Part shown: in pieces, positions 55,317 to 63,973 of the stretch
Position numbering within the stretch: position 1 is the first letter of the stretch
Layout of the letters: each line of letters opens with the position of its first letter
IMG/VR virus record: IMGVR_UViG_3300029288_000158
Length of the DNA: 64,000 bases
From: a virus
Strand: one strand, 5' to 3'
The notes under the pieces: generated by a model
Seen by the model: the letters and a program-made list of their open reading frames with translations, nothing else
Told to the model about the DNA's origin: nothing
Database searches by the model: none
Position numbers and translations under genes: made by a program

Positions 55317-56117
55317 ATGAACTACATCCTAAACGAAAATTCAATCTCATTTGTAGTTAATTCTACTCCATTTTCTATTCCCCGAACGGATGACAAGTTC
55401 CATTCTGCTATCGGAATCATCTTCGATCCAGTCTTCAACGAGCAGCAGAAGTATGAAAATCTACAGAAGCTAATTGACGACAAGTTCTATGTTCTCAGTT
55501 ATTTAAATCTTTGTCCAGTCATTGCTTCTGGTAAGTCATATGGTTCTGTTAAGTTTTCAAACATCCGCAGATTCATTCCAAATCTTTCGGAGCATTCTAT
55601 TCCACACGAAATATTTGTCAATCTTTTAAACAATCTTAGTTGTGTTGAAAATGGTTCGGACATTCTAACATTCATTTTCAACAACAAGATTCTTATTTCT
55701 AACGACGGCAACCTATACATATACAAAGGAATCAGAGAAGATTATACAGATTGTTTTTCTGGAACAGTTCTTAACAAAGTTGGACTGACAAATGAAATGC
55801 CAAGGGAACAAGTAACAATTTATCATGGTGGCCCCGGCTTTTACTTTGGAACCTATTCTCGGGCTGTGTCAATGTCAAGAGGTCATATCGTCATTTGTAA
55901 GATTGACATTAAGGACATTGTTTGGGTTGATGAAAACGAAATGAAGGTATGTAAGTATAAAATTATCAAAGAAGAAACCAAGGAACTGCCCTTTGGAACC
56001 TACGATTTTGCCGAGGTTGTTCCGGAGGAGCCTTCACCCGTACCGGAGCCAAAGAAGCCTTTTAAGGCACTCGCTGGGCTTCGTAGGATGGGTCTGTGGC
56101 GAAGGAAGAAGGCTTGA
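55317..56117 (+). CDS. hypothetical protein with Pro-rich basic C-terminal tail
   Basis: Track ORF. Confidence 0.5.
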   Translation: MNYILNENSISFVVNSTPFSIPRTDDKFHSAIGIIFDPVFNEQQKYENLQKLIDDKFYVLSYLNLCPVIASGKSYGSVKFSNIRRFIPNLSEHSIPHEIFVNLLNNLSCVENGSDILTFIFNNKILISNDGNLYIYKGIREDYTDCFSGTVLNKVGLTNEMPREQVTIYHGGPGFYFGTYSRAVSMSRGHIVICKIDIKDIVWVDENEMKVCKYKIIKEETKELPFGTYDFAEVVPEEPSPVPEPKKPFKALAGLRRMGLWRRKKA

Positions 56118-56446
56118 GCTTCGCGACCTTTTTCCTCTTGGCCGCTATCGTAGGAATAAACATTTCTCTTTTTATTATTGATAAAATAAGTAACGAGAAG
56201 AGAAATTTTCAATATTTGCTTTATTATTCTTTCGTTGGTTTCTTGATGACTCCAATGTTTATTTTATTTTTCCCTGTATCTTCTTGGCCGTTGTTTCTTT
56301 ATGTTTGCGTCTGGTTTCATTTCTTTTATATTTCATTCTTGATGATGTTTGAAGATTATTTTCTCAGATATTTTAATCCTTTTATTTGGTTTTATGTTGG
56401 AATGGTTATCTATTCAACATTCAATTTGGCTCGTAGTAGTTTATGA
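56096..56446 (+). CDS. polytopic membrane protein
   Basis: Track ORF with about 4 hydrophobic helices. Confidence 0.45.
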   Translation: MAKEEGLSFATFFLLAAIVGINISLFIIDKISNEKRNFQYLLYYSFVGFLMTPMFILFFPVSSWPLFLYVCVWFHFFYISFLMMFEDYFLRYFNPFIWFYVGMVIYSTFNLARSSL

Positions 56447-56637
56447 AAATGGTTTTTTGTTTGAGAATAAATTATAAGATGGGGTGGTTTTTTAACAACC
56501 CCCAATATAAAAGAATACACTTTTCGGAGTGGTATTCGTTGAAATCTATAAAGAAATATAGTATTGATGATGATTCGGAATATTACAAAACGACTCTTTA
56601 TAGGTTCCTTGAAAGAATGATGAAATATGAAAATTAA
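56443..56637 (+). CDS. small-protein superfamily member (...RFLERMMKYEN)
   Basis: Array member. Confidence 0.5.
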   Translation: MKMVFCLRINYKMGWFFNNPQYKRIHFSEWYSLKSIKKYSIDDDSEYYKTTLYRFLERMMKYEN

Positions 56638-56842
56638 GCTGGCCATATCCGAATTTATTGATAGAGAAGGTTACGAAATAGATATAAGATTTGGTTCGGT
56701 TGCTAATCATGTGACTTCCGAGATTTGTAATCGCGGGTATAATGTCAGTTTTTGGTTTGACTCTTTGCCGAATATGAATAGGTTTGAAAAGTTTAATTCG
56801 GATAAAAATTACAAAATAGTGTTGTTTGATTTGAGGCGATGA
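56627..56842 (+). CDS. small-protein superfamily member (MKIKLAISEF...)
   Basis: Stop of the previous gene overlaps ATGAAAATTAAG. Confidence 0.5.
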   Translation: MKIKLAISEFIDREGYEIDIRFGSVANHVTSEICNRGYNVSFWFDSLPNMNRFEKFNSDKNYKIVLFDLRR

Positions 56843-56843
56843 T

Positions 56844-57014
56844 ATGAAAATTAAAATAAATATAAGAAAAGAAAACATTTATTTTTCGCAGTTCGTTTGG
56901 ACCTTTATAAACAAAAATAAAAACAAACCAGATACAACTAAAATGTTCTTTACTGACTATTCCTGCTTTATTACAAATTCAAACGCAAATGTTAAAAGAT
57001 GGAAGACCGTATGA
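56844..57014 (+). CDS. small-protein superfamily member (MKIKINIRK...), 56 aa
   Basis: ATGAAAATTAAA start immediately after the upstream stop. Confidence 0.4.
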   Translation: MKIKINIRKENIYFSQFVWTFINKNKNKPDTTKMFFTDYSCFITNSNANVKRWKTV

Positions 57015-57148
57015 AAATTAGAACGTGGACAGCTCATGTTAATTGGAAATTATTTCAAATAAATGTTATTGATACAGGAATAAATGTATATGAATTTGAT
57101 ACGAGACAATTTAGGAATAGAGAACAAACATGTTTTGTTTTATGTTAA
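57011..57148 (+). CDS. small-protein superfamily member (MKIRTWTAH...), 45 aa
   Basis: ATGA-coupled. Confidence 0.35.
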   Translation: MKIRTWTAHVNWKLFQINVIDTGINVYEFDTRQFRNREQTCFVLC

Positions 57149-57185
57149 AAAATGGAAACGAAAAAAGATTTAGGAAATATTTCCA

Positions 57186-57404
57186 ATGAAGATTAAATTG
57201 AATTTTCGCGGAACAAATGAATACGATTATGAGATATCGGTTCCTGGATGTTATACAGTAATATTAAATTTTGTGTGGACAGTTTCAAAAAATATCCGGA
57301 ATAATGAAAACAACTTTTATAGGTTATCAGATTATGAAAAACGGCTTATCAATTTTTACACCAGAATGTTGAAATATGAATCTAAAAACAAAAATATATA
57401 TTAA
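57186..57404 (+). CDS. small-protein superfamily member (MKIKLNF...FYTRMLKYES...)
   Basis: Track ORF. Confidence 0.5.
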   Translation: MKIKLNFRGTNEYDYEISVPGCYTVILNFVWTVSKNIRNNENNFYRLSDYEKRLINFYTRMLKYESKNKNIY

Positions 57405-57567
57405 CATATGTAACGGGTTCACATTTAATTTTTCGGAATATGATTTTCAATATAAAAAAGTTAGTTTGTTTGAAGGTTATGTATTTCAGATAAAAAACAA
57501 AACTATTTATTTCACGAAAAGAAATTTCAACAAACACCGAATTGAAAAATATGAAAATAAAAACTAA
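57376..57567 (+). CDS. small-protein superfamily member (...HRIEKYENKN)
   Basis: Track ORF. Confidence 0.45.
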   Translation: MNLKTKIYINICNGFTFNFSEYDFQYKKVSLFEGYVFQIKNKTIYFTKRNFNKHRIEKYENKN

Positions 57568-57766
57568 AATTTTTCACGACACTTTGAATTATACAGTTAG
57601 GGCCATTTTTGATTTTAACCCATCCAAAGACACATATTCTTTATTCACTGCATTTCCAAATTGTTACATTTATCCTGAAACTCCGGTAAACAAATCTCGA
57701 TTAGAAAAGGCATTTGGTCCTAGTTCTTGTTCCTACAACATCCAACCGAAGAAAAATCCAGCTTGA
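57551..57766 (+). CDS. small-protein superfamily member (MKIKTKIF...); its stop is the TGA inside the next promoter's -35
   Basis: Ends ...PKKNPA*, as does 50004-50204. Confidence 0.45.
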   Translation: MKIKTKIFHDTLNYTVRAIFDFNPSKDTYSLFTAFPNCYIYPETPVNKSRLEKAFGPSSCSYNIQPKKNPA

Positions 57767-57794
57767 CTTTGATTTAATCCTGCCGTATATTAAA
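57745..57794 (+). promoter_or_regulatory. conserved promoter cassette copy (-35 57764, -10 TATATT 57787)
   Basis: CCGAAGAAAAATCCAGCTTGACT. Confidence 0.65.
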
Positions 57795-57814
57795 GACATG
57801 TCAAGGAGCAGTTC

Positions 57815-58432
57815 ATGGTAACCAAAATTATTTTCATTTTGTCTTTCTTGTTTTCTGGCAAGTCTTCGTTTTCTAAACTTGGATATTTTCCGTTTACTAA
57901 CGCGGTTGATTTCGGAACGCCAGCAACAAGCGTAAGTTATGATTTTGATACTCGCGGAACAGAGTATGTTACGGAAAATTTGGGATGCGATAAACAAGCA
58001 ATTACTACATATGGTAAGAATGCGTATGGAAACAAAATTGAATATGTTTATTATTTCTACAATGGCTTCCATGTAAATAAGAATGATACGCTATCGGGAT
58101 TGTATCTTGTAACGGTTTCTCATTTCGGAAACAAAGACTTGACATCTGATGATAATGTTGTTGAAGTTTTTGTTGAAGAATATGCTGCATCTTTCGGTAT
58201 TCCAATTGTAAAGAAACATGGAAGAATTCAATCAGACCGAAGGGTTTTGGATTTTGTTAACTCACCAAAATCAACAATTCTTTTGATGGATGGAACTTGG
58301 TGGATTTTTGACAAGAATAAGAACGCAGTTGCTCTTAGATTTCCAACAAGAGAACATATCAAAATGGGACATGTGAGTCAAATCATTTACAAAAAGAAAT
58401 ATAATATTGATTGGACTTTTTGTGAAGATTGA
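57815..58432 (+). CDS. secreted or membrane-anchored hypothetical protein (N-terminal hydrophobic signal)
   Basis: SD AAGGAGCAGTTCATGG. Confidence 0.55.
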   Translation: MVTKIIFILSFLFSGKSSFSKLGYFPFTNAVDFGTPATSVSYDFDTRGTEYVTENLGCDKQAITTYGKNAYGNKIEYVYYFYNGFHVNKNDTLSGLYLVTVSHFGNKDLTSDDNVVEVFVEEYAASFGIPIVKKHGRIQSDRRVLDFVNSPKSTILLMDGTWWIFDKNKNAVALRFPTREHIKMGHVSQIIYKKKYNIDWTFCED

Positions 58433-58628
58433 GTTACGTGTTAGAACTGCTTGTTATGGTGCAAGTGGTTGGTTTACCAGTTTTTTAAATGAGCAAAAAT
58501 CATATGCTTTGTATTCAATTGATTGGAAAGAATCCACAAAAACAGCGATTGAGCTTAGATTAGAACCCGAACTGTCAAAACTTTGGAGAAACACATTTCT
58601 AAAACGAATGCTAAAAAGATACGGATGA
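58407..58628 (+). CDS. small-protein superfamily member (...TFLKRMLKRYG)
   Basis: Track ORF. Confidence 0.45.
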   Translation: MIGLFVKIELRVRTACYGASGWFTSFLNEQKSYALYSIDWKESTKTAIELRLEPELSKLWRNTFLKRMLKRYG

Positions 58629-58641
58629 AAAGGAAAAACAA

Positions 58642-59475
58642 ATGAATACATATGTAATTCATCATAACGATTCTGATGGTTATGGTGCTGGTCTGGCTGC
58701 TTATACGAAGTTTGGAAATGAAGCGCGGTATCTTCCAATTGATTATGGTTGGAAGTTTCCCGAACTCGAACCAAATTCAAATGTTTATATCTTGGATTTT
58801 TCTATTCTGAGAAATGAACTTGACGAACTTGTAGCAAAAATGAATTTTGTTCTTGTTCTTGACCATCATAAGAGCGCAGAAGAACAATTGAAGAATCATC
58901 CTAATGCTATTTTTGACATGAATCGTTCTGGAGCTGGAATTGCTTGGGATTATTTTCATTCTAACGTTACAAGGCCAGATTTCATTAACTACATTGAAGA
59001 TGCGGATTTGTGGCGATTCTCTCTACCAAATTCAAAAGATGTTAGGAATTCTATCTTTCTAATTGATTTGAACATTGAAGAATATACCAAAGAATTATTC
59101 AAACCAATTTCTGAAAGAGTGCTTGAAGGCAAAACAATAACAAAATATATGAATTCTCTTTTGAAAATTGGAAGCGAATATAAACATATTATTCAAATCG
59201 ATGAATTCAAAATGGCGGTTGTTAATAGCTGTTTGATTCAATCGGATTTTGGAAACTCACTTTTTAACAAACACTGCAACCATGGCGAAGCTGATTTTGC
59301 AGGAGTGTATTTCAATCTTGGTGACGGAACAGTGAAATTTTCGTGCCGTTCTGTTGGAGATTTCGATGTTTCTTCTATTTGTAAACGGTTTGGAGGAGGT
59401 GGACACAAGAACGCTGCCGGATTCCAAATTCCCGAAGAAAAATTTAACTTCAAAAAGATTTCTTCGGATAAATAA
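58642..59475 (+). CDS. DHH/DHHA1-family phosphoesterase (NrnA/nanoRNase-like)
   Basis: DHH motifs HHNDSDGYGAG, LDHH, and DHHA1 GGGH near the C-terminus. Confidence 0.75.
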   Translation: MNTYVIHHNDSDGYGAGLAAYTKFGNEARYLPIDYGWKFPELEPNSNVYILDFSILRNELDELVAKMNFVLVLDHHKSAEEQLKNHPNAIFDMNRSGAGIAWDYFHSNVTRPDFINYIEDADLWRFSLPNSKDVRNSIFLIDLNIEEYTKELFKPISERVLEGKTITKYMNSLLKIGSEYKHIIQIDEFKMAVVNSCLIQSDFGNSLFNKHCNHGEADFAGVYFNLGDGTVKFSCRSVGDFDVSSICKRFGGGGHKNAAGFQIPEEKFNFKKISSDK

Positions 59476-59479
59476 TAAA

Positions 59480-59647
59480 ATGGAAGATTGGTGTAATTGT
59501 TATAATTGCTCTCAAGAAAATAGGAAAAAGAAAACAACAAACAAATGTTGTAAGGAATGTAACTATGAAAAGGAAAAAGAGAAACGACAAAATACTGAAA
59601 ATGAGAATTCCTCTCCCAACACAGAGGAATCAAGCATTCAAAAGTAA
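59480..59647 (+). CDS. 55-aa Cys-rich protein (CNCYNC...CCKEC)
   Basis: First ATG of the track frame. Confidence 0.4.
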   Translation: MEDWCNCYNCSQENRKKKTTNKCCKECNYEKEKEKRQNTENENSSPNTEESSIQK

Positions 59648-59719
59648 GAAAGATTACAACCGGAATGACAAATCCTGGCGCAACAGCCGGGATTTCTTGT
59701 TTTTATCATTTCTTTTTCC

Positions 59720-59748
59720 TTGACTTGTAAAAAATAAAACCGTAAATT
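59720..59748 (+). promoter_or_regulatory. class-II promoter (TTGACT-TGTAAAAAATAAAACCG-TAAATT)
   Basis: Spacer nearly identical to the promoter at 39943. Confidence 0.55.
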
Positions 59749-59787
59749 AAGTAGAGCGGAAGCCTGACCTATTTTTCCAAGGCAAAG

Positions 59788-59976
59788 ATGAAGATTAAAT
59801 TTTCTTATTGTGTTCATTCTAGAGGATGGTATTTTATAAATGAAAATCATTCAGCGTATATAATGTATGCTGAATGGTGTGGTGTCAAACGTTGTTTAAT
59901 GGATTCTGTTAAATATGATGACTACAATTTCCGTAAACGCTTCTTAGAAAGAATGATTAAACGATATGAAAATTAA
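59788..59976 (+). CDS. small-protein superfamily member (MKIKFSY...RFLERMIKRYEN)
   Basis: Track ORF. Confidence 0.55.
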   Translation: MKIKFSYCVHSRGWYFINENHSAYIMYAEWCGVKRCLMDSVKYDDYNFRKRFLERMIKRYEN

Positions 59977-60130
59977 ATTACAGTTACAATTGTATCCAAA
60001 CATAGATGGTTTTCAGATAATTCCTGGAGAAATATGTGTTTTGTTAAACTCTAATATTATGTTTAAAGGATACAAAAGTTCAAACGCAAAATATCATAAT
60101 TTTGACAGGCGAATTTCTAAGTATCATTAA
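59966..60130 (+). CDS. small-protein superfamily member (MKIKLQLQ...), 54 aa
   Basis: Start embedded in the previous gene's RYEN* end. Confidence 0.4.
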   Translation: MKIKLQLQLYPNIDGFQIIPGEICVLLNSNIMFKGYKSSNAKYHNFDRRISKYH

Positions 60131-60140
60131 GGAGAACAAA

Positions 60141-60449
60141 ATGGGAAGAAAAAGAATTCATCCAGTCAAAGAACGCACTTTTCCCAAGGTTAAACGGAAG
60201 GGTCGCTTTGAGGAGCCTAAGATTGAAAAAATTGAAAATGAACTATTAACCTATATAGTTTATCTAAAAGGAACTGGACCAAAAGACCCAAACAAACCCC
60301 GACAATTCAAAGCCAAAAATTTGTTGGAAGTTATCAAGTTTTCGGCAGAGTCGTTTGGAAAAGACAGACTGATAGAAATTCATGATTACCGAGACAATTT
60401 GATTTGGGGAAGAAACACAGGAATCAATAAAGAGAATTATGTAAAATGA
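60141..60449 (+). CDS. basic hypothetical protein
   Basis: AAGGAGAACAAAATGG. Confidence 0.55.
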   Translation: MGRKRIHPVKERTFPKVKRKGRFEEPKIEKIENELLTYIVYLKGTGPKDPNKPRQFKAKNLLEVIKFSAESFGKDRLIEIHDYRDNLIWGRNTGINKENYVK

Positions 60450-60637
60450 GGATTACATTTACGCTAATCACAGGATATACCGGAAAAAATGAATGGTTGT
60501 TTGTTGGTGGTTTTTGGTATTCTTCGTGGAAAAGTTTGAAAACTTGTTTGGATGATTCCCCTAACGAATGGTTAGGTAAATGGGATAAAAATCGTCGACA
60601 TTTCTTAGAAAGAATGATTAAACGCTATGAAAATTAA
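60446..60637 (+). CDS. small-protein superfamily member (...HFLERMIKRYEN)
   Basis: Track ORF. Confidence 0.55.
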   Translation: MRITFTLITGYTGKNEWLFVGGFWYSSWKSLKTCLDDSPNEWLGKWDKNRRHFLERMIKRYEN

Positions 60638-60731
60638 ACTAATAGTAAACTCATACGAAATTTACAACCCTGCATATCCGTTTGTTAACTGGAATGATCA
60701 TATACGACAAGAGATTAAAAAGTGGAATTGA
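60627..60731 (+). CDS. small-protein superfamily member (MKIKLIVN...), 34 aa
   Basis: Conserved junction RYEN*/MKIKL. Confidence 0.3.
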   Translation: MKIKLIVNSYEIYNPAYPFVNWNDHIRQEIKKWN

Positions 60732-60936
60732 TTACGTGAAACTTTCACAAATTTACAGAAAATTCATTTTGCTCAAATCTTTTCACCGTCGTTTCTCAAA
60801 ATGGAACTGAAATGAAAACTTTTATAAATTTATTTTTATCTTTTCTCGGGTATTCTTTACTTGCTGTTGGAATAGTCGCTTTCGTTTTTAATATTTTGAA
60901 AATTGGAACTTTGTTCTGATTTTTCTTTTAACCTTC

Positions 60937-60975
60937 GCCTATTAAAACCGAAGGAAATTCCAGCTTCACAACCAA
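60937..60975 (+). promoter_or_regulatory. degenerate copy of the promoter cassette (CCGAAGGAAATTCCAGCTTCACA; -35 destroyed) at the end of the + strand gene block
   Basis: Upstream element intact but TTGACT has become TTCACA. No + strand gene follows. Confidence 0.4.
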
Positions 60976-61032
60976 ACAAAAATAAAGCCCAGGTTTGTCA
61001 CCCAGGCTTCTCTTCAAATAACAAACCAGTAT

Positions 61033-61572
61033 TTATTTAATCCCAATTCTCTCCAATTCCATCCTCACAGAACCAACCAAATCTACAATTGGAAAAACGC
61101 CCTTTCGCTCATAGACATTAACCCGTCCCTTACACTTATCTCGTCCGTGTGCGTTTTTATCAGCACACCCAATATAGAACCTAACACGAGAACTCTTGCT
61201 ATATCCATCAGAATCAAGAATAACAATCTCAAACAGATTCTTACTCTGAAGAAATGTAATATTTTCTTGTCCAAATTGTTTATAAAGAACACTCAGGATG
61301 ATTCCGAGTTTTACCTTTACATCAGAATATTCCGCACAAGTAAACGTCTTGTCTTGAGGTCGGCCCCTACCAGATTTCTTTTCCTTAAGTTCCTTCATTG
61401 CCTTTGGAGTCGTCTTCTTTTTCTCAGTTCCGATAATAGGCGTTCCGTCATAATCAGTATCGAGATTTGCCGGTTTGATAGTTGGCGAAGAATCGCAATC
61501 GGCTTCACTAGTCCCCATGGACGACAGTAGGCGGTCAATTTCCAAATCAATATCAGAGAAAGAGTCGTTCAT
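61033..61572 (-). CDS. hypothetical protein (minus strand)
   Basis: 179-aa track ORF, part of the convergent minus-strand block. Confidence 0.5.
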   Translation of the reverse strand: MNDSFSDIDLEIDRLLSSMGTSEADCDSSPTIKPANLDTDYDGTPIIGTEKKKTTPKAMKELKEKKSGRGRPQDKTFTCAEYSDVKVKLGIILSVLYKQFGQENITFLQSKNLFEIVILDSDGYSKSSRVRFYIGCADKNAHGRDKCKGRVNVYERKGVFPIVDLVGSVRMELERIGIK

Positions 61573-61673
61573 TCGATAGGTTCCTTTTTGGGATTGTTTG
61601 GGATTACCAGAAAATGTAATAAACCCTCAACAATCTGTCAAGGGTAGTTTTACAATTATTTTTGGTTGGAGAA

Positions 61674-62825
61674 TCAGAAAAAATAGGAGCTTGAAATGTC
61701 TGGACCGTTGTGATGAATGACCCGATTGAACTTCATCAAATTTTGAAGTTTGTCAAGCAGTTCAAACGCAGGAACATTAAGAAGTTTGCCATTTTCAACA
61801 ATTGGACAAATCAAATCCATCTGGTCAATACATGAAATTGCCAGCGAAGGAATGATTTTAACACAACTTGTCAGAATGTCTTTTTCAATGCTTTCTTTCA
61901 ACAAGTCAAGATTGATTGGAGCAAAACGAATGCTTCCCTGGAAATCATTTGGAATGTTTGTTTCATCAACAATCTTTTCGAAAATCTTTCCTTCAACCTC
62001 AAACGGAAGAGGCCCAGCACCGTGACGAGTCAAATACGTTCGGGTGCAGTAAAAAACTTCCATTTCATCAACACCGATATCTTTTAGAATTCTAGAAGCG
62101 TTAACGGAGCCAGTCTTGCTTCTTGTGACATGCGGGAAGAAATAATGGTCTTCATCCAAAAGAAGGCCTTGATTTCCTTCAAACAACAACGTTTCGTATT
62201 TCGTAATTTCGTTTGTCTTACGGAAATGAGTTGTCTGAACCATCTGAACGCATTCATTAACAAACTTTTCAATAATTCCTTCGTCGTAGAAATGAGAAGG
62301 AATTTCAAGTCCAATTTGTTCAAAACGCGGAACAAAATATTCATCCCGAATGTGGCGAATCTTGTTAGCAAATCCAACCGAGGCAATGTTACTAACAGTT
62401 GTCTTGTGGGGAGTTTCACAACGAATCACAGTTTCGTTAATACCCATTCCACAAGACCCGTGACGAGAAGCACCACGAGAAATCTCCAATTCCTGATTAA
62501 CCATCATGTCATATGGAAGAGTCAGACGGGAATTAGGATGAATGAAGACTTCTGTTTTACGAGAAATTTTGTTGTTCTCTTTACAATAAACAATCGGATT
62601 GGTGATGAAATATTTGGACAAATATGTATCCGACCCCAACCACGTTCCAGAAGAAATGTGGCGGAATGCGTGACGTTTTCCATTGTATTCAACCGTATGA
62701 GAAGTCTGAGCACCACCCGAAGACCGAACGGTAATAGAATTCTTATGTTGAGACGCAAGGAAAGCGGTAGTAATCCCTTTACCCTCGTCGCCTAGATTAG
62801 CTCCAACAATTCCAACAGCTTTCAT
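61674..62825 (-). CDS. adenylosuccinate synthetase family protein (PurA/PurZ-like)
   Basis: GANLGDEGKGI (GDEGKGK P-loop), GGAQTSHTV, GSCGMGINE, LLFEGNQGLLLDEDHYFFPHVT, TRHGAGPLP. All collinear with PurA. Confidence 0.8.
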   Translation of the reverse strand: MKAVGIVGANLGDEGKGITTAFLASQHKNSITVRSSGGAQTSHTVEYNGKRHAFRHISSGTWLGSDTYLSKYFITNPIVYCKENNKISRKTEVFIHPNSRLTLPYDMMVNQELEISRGASRHGSCGMGINETVIRCETPHKTTVSNIASVGFANKIRHIRDEYFVPRFEQIGLEIPSHFYDEGIIEKFVNECVQMVQTTHFRKTNEITKYETLLFEGNQGLLLDEDHYFFPHVTRSKTGSVNASRILKDIGVDEMEVFYCTRTYLTRHGAGPLPFEVEGKIFEKIVDETNIPNDFQGSIRFAPINLDLLKESIEKDILTSCVKIIPSLAISCIDQMDLICPIVENGKLLNVPAFELLDKLQNLMKFNRVIHHNGPDISSSYFF

Positions 62826-62864
62826 TTTAGAAACCTCAAAATAAAAATATGATTGAAAAATGGG

Positions 62865-63149
62865 TTAATGATTAAGACGAGTTGGCGGTTCAGGAAAAGG
62901 AATCGCTTTCAAAACTTCATCCGCGTGTTCTACGGAAGTCGCGCATCTTTTACAAACACCATCACCTTTCCAATGACGGAGTTTTGTTGCGTAGAATTTT
63001 TCAAACCAAAACCTCTTGTTGCAGACCAAACATTCTGCTGAACCGCCCAGCAAGAAGATGGTTTCTACTTCAAGATTCCGCTTGTTTGAGATTTCCATCA
63101 GTCGAACAATGCCCGACGAACAGTTTTGCGAATACTTACATCCTGCCAA
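62865..63149 (-). CDS. C4 zinc-ribbon protein (94 aa)
   Basis: CSSG...CLVCN...CKRCAT. Sits between the vWA and PurA-like genes. Overlaps the vWA 3' end in another frame. Confidence 0.4.
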   Translation of the reverse strand: MAGCKYSQNCSSGIVRLMEISNKRNLEVETIFLLGGSAECLVCNKRFWFEKFYATKLRHWKGDGVCKRCATSVEHADEVLKAIPFPEPPTRLNH

Positions 63150-63973
63150 GAATTTACAACATCTTCCGCATTTTCGCCTTCGTTAACGCGAATTACCGAA
63201 AGAATAACTTCCGAAAGATAGTTATAGTTATCCAGAAGAACAGCATGATAACCCATCAATTCTCGCCAATCCTTCTTGACACGTTCCCAGGCACTACGAG
63301 CATAGTTTCCCTGCTCAACAATGATATGGAAAACATCAAACTTTTCAGAAGCAAGATTGTAAAGCTCCGAAGAAGAATGAGTCTTCTGAGAAGAATATCC
63401 AAATACCTTGTTGATATGAGAAGGCGTCAAAGCTTCGGGAACCATTTCGTCACCAAAGGTAAACAAATATCCCTTCTTCTCACGCTTCTCAAAACAATCA
63501 ATAGAAGTGTGGAATGCTGCGAAATACCACGGGAGATTGTAAGATTCGAAATCATTACCACCACCACGACCTTCCAACCACAAATCCGTCAACTGCTGAC
63601 CAATTCGAATGTCAGATTCAAATTGAGAAACTTGAAGAGGAGCCTCGTCGCAAGTAACATCACCAATTCCCATCACACAAATCTGCGGGTCTGTGACTGG
63701 TTGGTTTTCGTAAATTCCCAACATCAAAGAACCGAGACTTTCCTTAGCGATGTGTTCAGCAATCATTCCCATAGAACCTGTCACATCTAGTCCAAGAATG
63801 ATAGCAGTGCTCTTTGGATGTTCAACAGAATCACGACTTTCACGAATAGAAATTCCATTCGGGTCAAAAGTCTGGTGGATTCGACTCTGCTTGAAAATCT
63901 GCGCCCGAGTGCTGGACTTAGTAGTGCGACTGTAAGAAGACCAATCAGAAGATGTAAAAGAACCACTACCCAT
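63098..63973 (-). CDS. von Willebrand factor A (vWA) domain protein
   Basis: MIDAS-like ILGLDVTGSMG and overall vWA-like hydrophobic periodicity. Confidence 0.5.
   Translation of the reverse strand: MGSGSFTSSDWSSYSRTTKSSTRAQIFKQSRIHQTFDPNGISIRESRDSVEHPKSTAIILGLDVTGSMGMIAEHIAKESLGSLMLGIYENQPVTDPQICVMGIGDVTCDEAPLQVSQFESDIRIGQQLTDLWLEGRGGGNDFESYNLPWYFAAFHTSIDCFEKREKKGYLFTFGDEMVPEALTPSHINKVFGYSSQKTHSSSELYNLASEKFDVFHIIVEQGNYARSAWERVKKDWRELMGYHAVLLDNYNYLSEVILSVIRVNEGENAEDVVNSWQDVSIRKTVRRALFD

Noticed and set aside
1375-60975. Dispersed conserved 25-nt repeat (CCGAAGGAAAATCCAGCTTGACT) as a possible CRISPR array or MITE
   Set aside because: Copies are 0.5-25 kb apart, always intergenic and oriented with the genes. 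They are followed at fixed distance by a -10 hexamer and an SD-ATG, so they are promoters, not CRISPR repeats or transposons.
62130-63790. Plus-strand ORFs (221 and 302 aa) over the PurA-like and vWA genes
   Set aside because: Antisense to well-supported minus-strand genes. R/S/L-rich junk translations.
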